Origin: Dehalococcoidia bacterium | GTDB taxonomy: Bacteria > Chloroflexota > Dehalococcoidia > Lucifugimonadales > UBA3495 | Direction: 5' to 3' | Length of the DNA: 64,000 nucleotides | NCBI GenBank assembly: GCA_965197665.1 | Contig: CBDANO010000003.1 | Location: forward strand, 361,924-425,923 | Shown here: positions 55,823 through 64,000 of the stretch, piece after piece | Position numbering within the stretch: the first letter of the stretch is position 1 | Layout of the letters: every line of letters starts with the position of its first letter | Position numbers and translations under genes: made by a program | The notes under the pieces: model-generated | What the model was told of the DNA's origin: nothing | The model's database searches: none | The model's input: only the letters and a program-made list of their open reading frames with translations

Positions 55823-58501
55823 GTGATGAGGGATGATGAGACCGCGCCGGCTTATACTCGGCGCCACTGGGCAAAATCGGACCGGCAGGACCACTGGCGG
55901 ATACACCTGCTTGAGCACCACCTAGCCGACGTCAGTGCGTGTTTCGAGGCGCTGCTAAAACAACCCACGATCTACCAACGACTGGCCCGCACCGCCGGGC
56001 GCGACGACTTGGATCCAACGACCGTGGCGCGCCTGTGCGTGTTCGCCGCCCTCCACGACATCGGCAAGGTGAACGTCGGCTTCCAGGCGCAGATATGGCG
56101 GCGCGAAGATTTTCCGGGAGGCCATCGGCCTGCATCCTTTCGACGGGTCGGCCACACGTTGGATATTACGCCGGTGTTGAACGGCGATGACCAGGCCACC
56201 GGAGACTGGTTTTTCGATTCGCTCGGCTGGTGGGAAGACGCTATTTCCTGGGACAACGATGAGGGCAAAACAGTCTGCGCTCTGCTCATCGCGGCGTTAT
56301 CGCACCACGGGCGGCCCCTGCAACTGTATGGAAGCCGGTCGCGCAACTCCGAAATCTGGCAGTCCTTTAACAGCCTGAGTCCCAAAGGCTGCGTCCAGCG
56401 CGTTGGTCGGCTGATACGTGAGTGGTTCCCACAAGCCTTCATACCTGATTCGGCTCCCATCCCTGACGCCGCCGCCTTCCAACACATGTTCCTAGGACTG
56501 TGCAACCTGGCCGACTGGATTGGCTCCAACGAGAACTGGTTTAAATTTGTTGACGCGCCCCAGGATGATTACATTGCCACTGCTCGCGACAAGGCCAATC
56601 AATCCATCAAAGCAGTTGGGCTGGACCTCACAGAACAACGTTGGCGGTTCGCCGGAGCGCCGGGTTTCGATGTTTTGTTTCCTCACGTCGACGGCCAAGA
56701 TAACGCCATTCAGCGGGCCGCGGCCCAAGATACACCGTTGGACCAGCGGTTGGTCATCATCGAATCGGAGACCGGTTCCGGCAAGACCGAAGCGTCTCTC
56801 TGGCGTTTCGCCAGGATGTACGAAGCCGAGTTGGTCGATGGCATTTACTTCGCGCTACCCACCCGGGCCTCCGCAGTGCAGATACACGAGCGAGTCCGGC
56901 AATTCATCGGGAATCTGTTCCCGGAGCTTCCCCGCCCTCCGGTTGTGCTCGCTGTTCCCGGTTACGAGTCGGACCAGGACTGCATCGAATCGGGGTTACA
57001 AGATTACGACGCCTCGTGGAACGGCGATAACCACCGGGAAACGCCCTGGGCTTCGGAGAGTCCTAAACGATTTCTCGCGGCGCAGATTGCCGTGGGAACT
57101 GTGGATCAGGCGATGTTGGGAGCGCTCAAAGTCAAGAACGCCCACCTGCGGACCGCTTGCCTGGCTCGCAACCTTCTGGTGGTTGACGAGGTCCACGCCT
57201 CCGACACCTACATGCGCCGCGTGCTGAAGTCACTGCTCGATGTCCACCTCGGCGCCGGGGGTTACGCTTTGCTGATGTCGGCCACTCTGGGCTCGAGGGC
57301 TCGGCGGCAATGGCTGTCCAACCGCCGCCTCAGCCCCGACGATGGCCTGAGCCTCAATGACGCGATCAAGGCGCCCTATCCCGCCGTCAGCGTCATGGCA
57401 TCCAGTTCCGCGGCCTTTGGAGGAGAAATCATCACTGCCGCGGGTGAGAATGACCGGGAGAAAACCGTCAATATCACCGCCAGGCCCGATATGCAGGACT
57501 TCGGCCAGGTGGCACAACTGGGCCTGGCGGCCGCCCGCGCCGGCGCCAAGGTACTGGTGGTCCGCAACACGGTCGGGCACGCTCTCGCCACAATGGAGGC
57601 GATGGAACTGGCCGCTAGTGATGGCGAACTCGGCTTGTTGTTCGCCTGCCAGGACAAGCCAACGCTGCACCACAGCCGCTTCGCCCCCGGCGACCGCCGC
57701 CTGCTGGACCGGGAGGTGGAAGCTCGGCTAGGTAAGGAGCGCAGACCTGGCGGCGTTGTTGTGGTCGGCACACAGACCCTGGAACAGTCATTGGACATCG
57801 ACGCCGACCTGCTGATTACCGACCTGTGCCCCGTGGACGTGCTGCTGCAACGGATCGGCCGCCTCCATCGCCACCGGGAACATGACCGCCCCGACGGTTA
57901 CGTCGCGCCCGCCTGTATCGTACTGACGCCACAAGACGAGAACCTGTCGCTACTGCTAAAATCGCCGGTGAACGGACTGGGCCGCTACGTCTACGAAGAC
58001 CTGCGAGTCCTCGAAGCCACCCGACGGTTAATTATTGAGCATCGTCAATGGAGCATCCCTCGGATGAACCGCGAGTTGGTGGAGCGCGCTACCCACCCGG
58101 ACGCGCTGGACACCATCACTCAAGAATTGGGTGAAGCCTGGCAAGAACACGCCGTCCGAGTCACCGGGGATAAATTTGCCGAAGGTCTGACCGCCGGCAC
58201 GGCCATTATCAACTGGGACCTGTCTTTTTTTGCCGACAACCGCGATGTGCTCTTCGGCTCGGCGGAAGAAAAGATACGTACCCGTCTTGGCGACGAGGGC
58301 ATCGAATTGAAGTTTGACCCGCCGCCGCCCAGCCCTTTCGTCCCGGGTCGGACCATCGACCGGATGACGGTCCCCTTCCGTTGGCTTGCCGAGACCGCTG
58401 TCGACAGCCCCGTGGTCCCCGCCCTGATCGAAGAAGGCTTCACATTCAGCATCGGCGCCCGGTCGTTCCGCTACGATCGCCTGGGCTTGCACCCAATGTG
58501 A
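55823..58501 (+). CDS. cas3: Type I-E CRISPR-associated nuclease/helicase Cas3
   Basis: 892-aa ORF. HD domain motifs are HLLEHHLADV, AALHDIGK and LSHHG. Helicase motifs are ESETGSGKTEA and VVDEVHASD. Confidence 0.9.
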   Translation: MMRDDETAPAYTRRHWAKSDRQDHWRIHLLEHHLADVSACFEALLKQPTIYQRLARTAGRDDLDPTTVARLCVFAALHDIGKVNVGFQAQIWRREDFPGGHRPASFRRVGHTLDITPVLNGDDQATGDWFFDSLGWWEDAISWDNDEGKTVCALLIAALSHHGRPLQLYGSRSRNSEIWQSFNSLSPKGCVQRVGRLIREWFPQAFIPDSAPIPDAAAFQHMFLGLCNLADWIGSNENWFKFVDAPQDDYIATARDKANQSIKAVGLDLTEQRWRFAGAPGFDVLFPHVDGQDNAIQRAAAQDTPLDQRLVIIESETGSGKTEASLWRFARMYEAELVDGIYFALPTRASAVQIHERVRQFIGNLFPELPRPPVVLAVPGYESDQDCIESGLQDYDASWNGDNHRETPWASESPKRFLAAQIAVGTVDQAMLGALKVKNAHLRTACLARNLLVVDEVHASDTYMRRVLKSLLDVHLGAGGYALLMSATLGSRARRQWLSNRRLSPDDGLSLNDAIKAPYPAVSVMASSSAAFGGEIITAAGENDREKTVNITARPDMQDFGQVAQLGLAAARAGAKVLVVRNTVGHALATMEAMELAASDGELGLLFACQDKPTLHHSRFAPGDRRLLDREVEARLGKERRPGGVVVVGTQTLEQSLDIDADLLITDLCPVDVLLQRIGRLHRHREHDRPDGYVAPACIVLTPQDENLSLLLKSPVNGLGRYVYEDLRVLEATRRLIIEHRQWSIPRMNRELVERATHPDALDTITQELGEAWQEHAVRVTGDKFAEGLTAGTAIINWDLSFFADNRDVLFGSAEEKIRTRLGDEGIELKFDPPPPSPFVPGRTIDRMTVPFRWLAETAVDSPVVPALIEEGFTFSIGARSFRYDRLGLHPM

Positions 58502-58631
58502 ATGCCCTTACTGGGTCAGAGTTGCGAAGTGGTAGCGGCAGGTTTGACAAGGCATACCGGTGGGATTACGATAAACCCGATAAATGTCATTAACATCGTT
58601 AAAATTCAACTGGCATCAGGGAGGCTCTCCG

Positions 58632-58853
58632 ATGACTCAAATCACCGCGCGTGTGCCGGACCAACTGGTGGAAGCGTTGGACGGGGCCGCTGCACAGCTC
58701 AAACGCAGCCGCGCCGACGTTATTCGCCACGCGTTGGAGCATTATTTGGAGGACTTCGACGACCTCACCGTAGCAGTGGAACGGCTGCGGGACCCGTCCG
58801 ACCCTGTCTTGGACTGGGATGAGGTCCGGAGTGACCTACTCGGTTCGGATTAA
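58632..58853 (+). CDS. Ribbon-helix-helix (CopG/RelB-like) antitoxin
   Basis: 73 aa from ATG 58632 (GGGAGG RBS), reading MTQITARVPDQLVEALDGAAAQLKRSRADVIRHALEHYL. Confidence 0.75.
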   Translation: MTQITARVPDQLVEALDGAAAQLKRSRADVIRHALEHYLEDFDDLTVAVERLRDPSDPVLDWDEVRSDLLGSD

Positions 58854-59091
58854 GCGCACAGCCGCCAAGGAGTTGGCCGGGATTCCGCAACCGGCAAGGA
58901 CTCGCATGGTCCATGCCATTGACTCGCTCATTGAGCAGCCCTTGGCCGGGATCCCGCTCAAGGGAGGTCTCCGCGGGTTGCGGCGCCTGCGCGTTGGCGA
59001 CTACCGGATTGTGTACGAACTGCTGGACGACGAACTTGTCGTCCTGGTGGTCCGGGTAGCTCACCGCCGCCACGCCTACCGCCCGGCGTAA
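58819..59091 (+). CDS. RelE/ParE-family toxin
   Basis: YSVRIKRTAAKELAGIP...LRVGDYRIVYELLDDELVVLVVRVAHRRHAY. It overlaps the antitoxin 3' end. An alternative GTG start is at 58831. Confidence 0.8.
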   Translation: MRSGVTYSVRIKRTAAKELAGIPQPARTRMVHAIDSLIEQPLAGIPLKGGLRGLRRLRVGDYRIVYELLDDELVVLVVRVAHRRHAYRPA

Positions 59092-59263
59092 CCTACGGCC
59101 AACACTCAGAACTATCTACATTCAACCCTGGCAAGCCGTGAATGTTGGGTGCGTAGCTCTCGCGGCGGGTTTGAGACCCACCGTTTTGCCGACCGAAGCG
59201 ACGACTCGCCGTCCCAAAGCTGAGCCCCAGGTCAACGGGAGTCGGACTACCAATCCGCCCCAA

Positions 59264-59341
59264 TTTCTATCCCCGCGCCTACGGGGGAACATACGTTAAC
59301 TTGGCTGAACATGGTCTATTCCCACTTTCTGTGGGGAACTC
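59264..59341 (-). CRISPR. Degenerate two-repeat mini-array with type I-E-like repeats and a 20-nt spacer
   Basis: The minus strand reads GAGTTCCCCACAGAAAGTGGGAATAGACC, then ATGTTCAGCCAAGTTAACGT, then ATGTTCCCCCGTAGGCGCGGGGATAGAAA. Both 29-mers fit the I-E repeat pattern GAGTTCCCC-hairpin-GGGGATAAACC. Their hairpins are kept by compensatory changes (CCCAC/GTGGG versus CCCCG/CGGGG). Confidence 0.55.
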
Positions 59342-59686
59342 CGGATTGGCCCGGCCCTTGTCCCGACCATCCGGATGCCATAAAGTACCATTTAATCGTT
59401 CCGCTAACTAAACTTACTCATTGCATTAAGAGCGCATGATGAAAGCACTTCCCTATTCCAAACTTGAGGAAATATTGCGTGATAAAGAAGCCCCGTTGTC
59501 TGAAGCTGAATCCAGATGTTACGAACTCAGACTTGAATGCAAATCGATCCGGACCACCGTAGACATTATCGACGGTTCTAAGGATGCTCAACCGGAGGAT
59601 GACAAACCGGGCTAGATTGAGTTATGGGAAAACTTTAACATAGCGCAGGTGTTCATAATTTCGATTCTGGCCTAGTGGGAAAGTCT
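59342..59686. promoter_or_regulatory. AT-rich spacer: likely divergent promoter region (Cascade operon on +, mini-array leader on -)
   Basis: GC drops visibly relative to the flanks. The region lies immediately upstream of cas8e on + and of the first mini-array repeat on -. Confidence 0.35.
59436..59615 (+). CDS. Hypothetical 59-aa acidic small ORF (below the ORF-track cutoff)
   Basis: Hand-translated as MMKALPYSKLEEILRDKEAPLSEAESRCYELRLECKSIRTTVDIIDGSKDAQPEDDKPG. No clear RBS, and codon usage is AT-rich and atypical for this window. Confidence 0.2.
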   Translation: MMKALPYSKLEEILRDKEAPLSEAESRCYELRLECKSIRTTVDIIDGSKDAQPEDDKPG

Positions 59687-61273
59687 ATGCACAATATCTT
59701 AACATGCCGCCTGATTCGGATAGACAAATCCAAGGCGCCCCGTGTAGAAGCGTCCTTGCCGGAAATCTATGTCGCGCTAATGGCCGACAAGGTTATATCC
59801 TTCCCTTCCCTGCGGCCCCACCAGCGCCACGCCTGGCACGCCTTCCTGGTGCAGTTGGGGGCTATGGCGATGCACAGGGCCGGATTAACTGAATTGCCGG
59901 TTGGTCCCGAAGAGTGGGCCACGTTGATTCGCGGCCTAACCGCTGACTACAACGACGACGAACCTTGGCAACTCGTCGTGAAAGACATCACCAAACCCGC
60001 TTTCATGCAGCCACCGGCCCGTTCCAAAGAGCGGGCACAGGAATACACGAGCATTGTCGATACGCCCGACGAGTTGGACATGCTAGTCACGTCCAAGAAT
60101 CACGATCTCAAGTCGGCGGTGGCGGTCCAGGCCAACGTTGATGATTGGATTTTCGCTCTGATTTCCCTTCAGACGATGGAGGGTTTCGGCGGCGCAGGAA
60201 ACTACGGTATCTCGAGGATGAACGGCGGCTTGGGTAACCGGCCCGCTTTCGCCCTGGCTCCTGCCGACGGCGGCCTCGGGGCCCATGTCAAGCGCGATAT
60301 TCTAGCCTTGCTGGAACGTCGTCGGGGGTTGGATACAGATGCCCCAAGGGTCGACAACCCTACAACCCTGTTATGGACTATGCCGTGGGACGGAACTACT
60401 AATGAGGCATTGCCGTTGGACTGCCTTGACCCATTTTACGTCGAGGTTTGCCGCCGAGTCCGACTGTACGACGCGGACGGGCTATTGCGCGGCATCCGCA
60501 CAAGCTCTAAAGCAGCGAGGATAAGAGGCCAAGAATTAAAAGGCAGGACCGGGGATCCTTGGACTCCTACCAACCAAGAAAGAGAAGGTTTGCCGCTCAC
60601 CCTTTCTGCCGGCGGATTTACCTACAAGAGAATTACCGAGTACCTGCTGTCGGGGGCTTGGGAGCGGCCAACCTTGCTCCGCCCCACGGAATCCGAACAA
60701 CACTCCGCTGAACCAATGCGGCTGGTAGCCCGCGCTATGGTGCGAGGTCAAGGCAAGACTGAGGGTTACCACGAGCGTAGCATCCCCGTGAGACACAAGG
60801 TCGTGTCGGCAATGCTACGCCGCGATGCTACGCAGGAACTGGGCCAGATCGCTGATTCCCGTATTGGAGACGTTGGCAAAATCCAACGCATACTCAGTCA
60901 CGCCATACAGGTTTTCCTGGCCCGAGGCGACGGGGACAAAGTTAGCCCTGAACACCGCAACCTCGCGCGGCCCTGGTTAAACCGCCTTGATCAAATTGTG
61001 GATGGGCGCTTCTTCGAGGACTTGCAGATGGAGTTCGACGCCGACGGAAACGAACGCCCGAGCATCCGTAACGAATGGTTGCGGAACGGAGATGATGGCG
61101 TGATAGACCACGCCCACAACTTGCTCAATGAAGCTATGGACTCCCTGCCTTGCCCCGCCATCCACCGCTATAAGGCGCGAGCTAATGCCGAAGGCCTGTT
61201 TGAAGGGCGGCTTCGGGGGAACTCAGGGTTGCCCGACGCCTTCTCAAGTACTAATAGGGAGATTGACCAATGA
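59687..61273 (+). CDS. cas8e: Type I-E Cascade large subunit Cse1/CasA (Cas8e)
   Basis: About 528 aa, first gene of the cse1-cse2-cas7-cas5-cas6 order. The N-terminal SLPEIYVALMADKVISFPSLRPHQRHAWHAFLVQL fits Cse1. An alternative GTG start is at 59675. Confidence 0.85.
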   Translation: MHNILTCRLIRIDKSKAPRVEASLPEIYVALMADKVISFPSLRPHQRHAWHAFLVQLGAMAMHRAGLTELPVGPEEWATLIRGLTADYNDDEPWQLVVKDITKPAFMQPPARSKERAQEYTSIVDTPDELDMLVTSKNHDLKSAVAVQANVDDWIFALISLQTMEGFGGAGNYGISRMNGGLGNRPAFALAPADGGLGAHVKRDILALLERRRGLDTDAPRVDNPTTLLWTMPWDGTTNEALPLDCLDPFYVEVCRRVRLYDADGLLRGIRTSSKAARIRGQELKGRTGDPWTPTNQEREGLPLTLSAGGFTYKRITEYLLSGAWERPTLLRPTESEQHSAEPMRLVARAMVRGQGKTEGYHERSIPVRHKVVSAMLRRDATQELGQIADSRIGDVGKIQRILSHAIQVFLARGDGDKVSPEHRNLARPWLNRLDQIVDGRFFEDLQMEFDADGNERPSIRNEWLRNGDDGVIDHAHNLLNEAMDSLPCPAIHRYKARANAEGLFEGRLRGNSGLPDAFSSTNREIDQ

Positions 61274-61881
61274 CCACCATCCGATCCGTTGACGCTGCCG
61301 GTGAACCGGTGCCGGAAGGCCAGACCCGGTTCTGGGGTGAAATTGCCTTCTACTTCGCGAGGAAAATTGCCCGCGCCGACTTTCAACGAGGTGACTTGGC
61401 AGGGCTCCGGCGTATGGACCCCGATGCGCCGGACACGGCGCCCTTTTGGAGGCTGTTGGCGGAGCAAGATCTCTTGGGGATTCCCATCGTCGAAAACAAA
61501 TGGGCTTTAATCCTCCACGGCATTGCTCTGATGACCCCTACCCACAGCGGTGAAGGAAGTCCCCAGAGCGCTCACGACGGTTCCGTGCATGTGGGGCGAG
61601 CGCTGTTTTTGGGGGCGGAATCCCAGCGACGGGATAGCCCATTTTACAGCGAAACGCGCCTGAACCGGCTGCTAACAGCCCAAGGACCAATGCTCCGAAC
61701 CCTGTTGGCTCGGATGTTCCGGATGCTGGGGGCCTCGGACGTGTCATTCAACTGGCGGGAAATGGCTTCGTTCATTCTGAACGAAGGCTACGACGATGAA
61801 GCCACCGAGCGGTCCCGCCGCCGCATTGCCAAAGAGTATTATCAGGCCGAGCGGCGCAGTTCCCGGGTATCTGAAGAGTAG
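61270..61881 (+). CDS. cse2: Type I-E Cascade small subunit Cse2/CasB
   Basis: 203-aa ORF. Its ATGA start overlaps the cse1 stop, and position and size are typical of Cse2. Confidence 0.8.
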   Translation: MTTIRSVDAAGEPVPEGQTRFWGEIAFYFARKIARADFQRGDLAGLRRMDPDAPDTAPFWRLLAEQDLLGIPIVENKWALILHGIALMTPTHSGEGSPQSAHDGSVHVGRALFLGAESQRRDSPFYSETRLNRLLTAQGPMLRTLLARMFRMLGASDVSFNWREMASFILNEGYDDEATERSRRRIAKEYYQAERRSSRVSEE

Positions 61882-61908
61882 CAAATAACTTTACTAAGGA
61901 GTCTCCCC

Positions 61909-63075
61909 ATGACTATCCCTAGATTTCTTCAAGTCCACACCCTGCACTCGTACCCGGCTGCCCTGTTGAACCGGGACGATAGCGGCTTGGCTAAGCGTAT
62001 GCCCTTCGGCGGCGCGGTTCGCACCCGCATTTCCTCTCAATGTCTGAAGCGGCATTGGCGGGTTGCCCAGGACGAGTTCGCCATCCACAACATCGCCGGC
62101 AGCATGTCGGCAATTCGGTCGCGGAACACGGTGGAACGGAAGGTAATACAGCCGTTGCGCGATGGCGGTAACATTGCCGATGAAATTCTCACCGCGGTGG
62201 AAAACGCTTTCAACGTCGGCGTATACGGCAGCAGCGGCACGTCGGAAAGAGGCAGACAACCCCTATTGTTGGGCCTGCCGGAAGTGGCACACCTGCACGA
62301 AAGAGCAGCCGCCATTTGCGCCGAACACTCCGGCGACGCCAAGGCTGCCGGCGAGGCTGCCACTGCGCTTTTCACCGCACGTCGGGGCGAAGGCAACAAC
62401 TTCCGGGCGTTGCTCGATACTGCCCGCCTGCCCGCGGGGTTGGAGGGCGCGCTGTTTGGTCGCATGGTGACCTCCGACCCAGGGGCCAACATCGATGCCG
62501 CTATCCATGTTGCCCACGCTTTCACCGTGCACGGCGAGGAGAGCGAGAGCGACTATTTCTCGGTGGTGGATGACTTGCAACGCGACGATGAGGACGCCGG
62601 GGCCGCCCACATTGGCGATATGGAACTGACCGCCGGCCTGTTCTACGGCTACGTGGTGGTGGACGTGCCGGGGCTGGTTTCCAACCTGGAAGGCTGCCGT
62701 GCCGAGGACTGGCAGACCGCCGACCGGGATCTGGCCGCCAACGTGGTGGAGCACCTGTTGCATCTGATCGCCACCGTCAGCCCTGGCGCCAAGCTGGGTT
62801 CCACCGCGCCCTACGGCCGGGCTAGGTTCATGCTCATTGAAGCGGGGTCCCGCCAGCCCTACAGTCTCGCCGACGCCTTTCGCAAGCCCGTCCGTCCCCG
62901 GGTCGAAGATGCGCTGGACGCCCTGACTGCCGAGATCAAAGGTCAGGATGCCGCCTACGGAATGCGGTCCACCCGCCGGTTCATGTCGATAGAGGACTGC
63001 GACGTCCCCGGCTCTGAGCGGTTTTGCCTGGACGACCTGGCGTCCTGGGCGGCGCAGACCGTCCGGGAAGGCTAG
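61909..63075 (+). CDS. cas7: Type I-E Cascade backbone subunit Cas7e (Cse4/CasC)
   Basis: 388-aa ORF with the characteristic N-terminus FLQVHTLHSYPAALLNRDDSGLAKRMPFGGAVRTRISSQCLKRHWR. Confidence 0.9.
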   Translation: MTIPRFLQVHTLHSYPAALLNRDDSGLAKRMPFGGAVRTRISSQCLKRHWRVAQDEFAIHNIAGSMSAIRSRNTVERKVIQPLRDGGNIADEILTAVENAFNVGVYGSSGTSERGRQPLLLGLPEVAHLHERAAAICAEHSGDAKAAGEAATALFTARRGEGNNFRALLDTARLPAGLEGALFGRMVTSDPGANIDAAIHVAHAFTVHGEESESDYFSVVDDLQRDDEDAGAAHIGDMELTAGLFYGYVVVDVPGLVSNLEGCRAEDWQTADRDLAANVVEHLLHLIATVSPGAKLGSTAPYGRARFMLIEAGSRQPYSLADAFRKPVRPRVEDALDALTAEIKGQDAAYGMRSTRRFMSIEDCDVPGSERFCLDDLASWAAQTVREG

Positions 63076-63087
63076 GCGGTATAGCTA

Positions 63088-63915
63088 ATGAAACACTTGA
63101 TTCTAAACCTGGAATCCCCGCTGGTGGCCTTCGGCGGCGAGACCATCGACAACCTGGGCGTCATCCGCTGGTTCCCGTCCGCATCGATGCTAACCGGCCT
63201 GCTGGCCAACGCCCTGGGCTGGCGGCGCATGGAACGCGGGCGGCACCAACAATTGCAGGACCGGCTTGTCTTCGCCGCCCGTATCGACCGAGAGCCGGCA
63301 GGCGGGGTGCGTCTGACCGACTTTCAGACAGCGCAGTTAGCTGCTAACGACAAAGGCTGGACTACCCGGGGAGCACCTGATGATCGGGCCGGCGGAGCCA
63401 ATACCTACAACGCCCCCCACCTGCGTTACCGCGACTATTTCGCCGACATGTGCGTAACCGTTGCCCTGCGGCTGGGACCGGACGCTGACGACCCCACGCT
63501 GGACGACCTGGCCGATGCGCTGCAAGAACCGGCGCGCCCTTTGTTTATCGGGCGCAAACCATGCTTGCCTTCGGCCCCGCTGGTCCCAAATAAAGAGTGT
63601 ATAGATCGGGATTCCGCGCTGGCCGCCGTCCTCCATGCGCCGATGCAAGAGGAAGACAGAAAAGCCGCAGGTAATGTACGGGTCCTGTGGCCGGAGAACG
63701 AAGATCACGGTGTGAATGTGCGGTGGCCCGAAGACGACGGCCCGTCTGAGCCGGACGTAGCCGCGAACAACACCTACATGCTCACCGACCAACGCAATTG
63801 GGTATCGGGGTTGCACGGCGGCGGTCGGCCAGTTTGGGAGGGAGTCGTAGGGAGGGAGTCGTTCACCACTCTCGGGGGAACACCAGAACAACCCGGAAAG
63901 GAGCAACAGCAATGA
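63088..63915 (+). CDS. cas5: Type I-E Cas5e (CasD)
   Basis: 275-aa ORF with the N-terminus MKHLILNLESPLVAFGGETIDNLGVIRWFPSASMLTGLLANALGW, typical of Cas5e. Confidence 0.85.
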   Translation: MKHLILNLESPLVAFGGETIDNLGVIRWFPSASMLTGLLANALGWRRMERGRHQQLQDRLVFAARIDREPAGGVRLTDFQTAQLAANDKGWTTRGAPDDRAGGANTYNAPHLRYRDYFADMCVTVALRLGPDADDPTLDDLADALQEPARPLFIGRKPCLPSAPLVPNKECIDRDSALAAVLHAPMQEEDRKAAGNVRVLWPENEDHGVNVRWPEDDGPSEPDVAANNTYMLTDQRNWVSGLHGGGRPVWEGVVGRESFTTLGGTPEQPGKEQQQ

Positions 63916-64000
63916 CGACGGCAACAAACCCGGCCACCGAAACGAGCGTCTTGCAAATGCTGCGCGCCGAGGTCAACGTGCGGGAGTTCCAGCGATGGGC
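63912..64000 (+). CDS. cas6e: Probable Cas6e (Cse3/CasE), 5' part only; runs off the window
   Basis: The ATG overlaps the cas5e stop (ATGA). Identity is inferred mainly from the canonical I-E gene order, since only 29 codons are visible. Confidence 0.55.
   Translation, partial: MTTATNPATETSVLQMLRAEVNVREFQRW

Noticed and set aside
59516-59668. Possible partial targets of the pseudo-spacer: ATGTTACGAAC at 59516 and GTGTTCATAA at 59649, the latter just upstream of cas8e and preceded by CAG/AGG.
   Set aside because: Only 5-6 contiguous seed matches with register or PAM problems. This is not convincing without a computed search.

Overview
High-GC (roughly 60% by eye) bacterial chromosomal segment. 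All calls come from reading the sequence and the ORF track by eye, with no searches run. IS ends, alternative starts and repeat limits are approximate.

Positions 1-39 kb are densely packed, paralogue-rich core and catabolic metabolism. This part holds two family-III CoA-transferases, leuCD, an M1 aminopeptidase, metH (apparently frameshifted), fhs, two DSD1-type PLP enzymes and recQ. It also holds two acyl-CoA dehydrogenases, a D-aminoacylase, a ThDP enzyme, an SDR and two LLM-type oxidoreductases. Further genes are dodecin, a SagB-like dehydrogenase, a crotonase, an acyl-CoA ligase, a DUF35 plus SCP2-thiolase pair, an HpcH aldolase and an M20 peptidase. The gene content resembles marine Chloroflexota (SAR202-like), but that is only a guess.

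Positions 39-64 kb look accessory:
- An NRPS-like A-T-R reductase followed by two N-methyltransferases that resemble the glycine-betaine pair (SDMT-like, GSMT-like). It is bounded by AT-rich spacers and a tRNA-Glu(CUC).
- A TusA / DsrE / TusA::MetE-like fusion cluster.
- A PT-rich lipoprotein.
- Three abutting insertion sequences (IS21, IS3, IS110).
- A DEDDh exonuclease divergent from cas3.
- A type I-E CRISPR-Cas operon (cas3, cas8e, cse2, cas7, cas5, start of cas6e). Between cas3 and cas8e it is interrupted by an RHH/RelE toxin-antitoxin pair, a two-repeat degenerate mini-CRISPR on the opposite strand, and an AT-rich leader-like region.

A conserved element of about 70 nt occurs three times on the + strand (17.6, 22.1 and 44.8 kb).

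The best candidates for something undescribed are the A-T-R plus GSMT/SDMT cluster, the intra-operon mini-array (CreR/CreTA-like), and the sulfur-relay/MetE-like fusion cluster.
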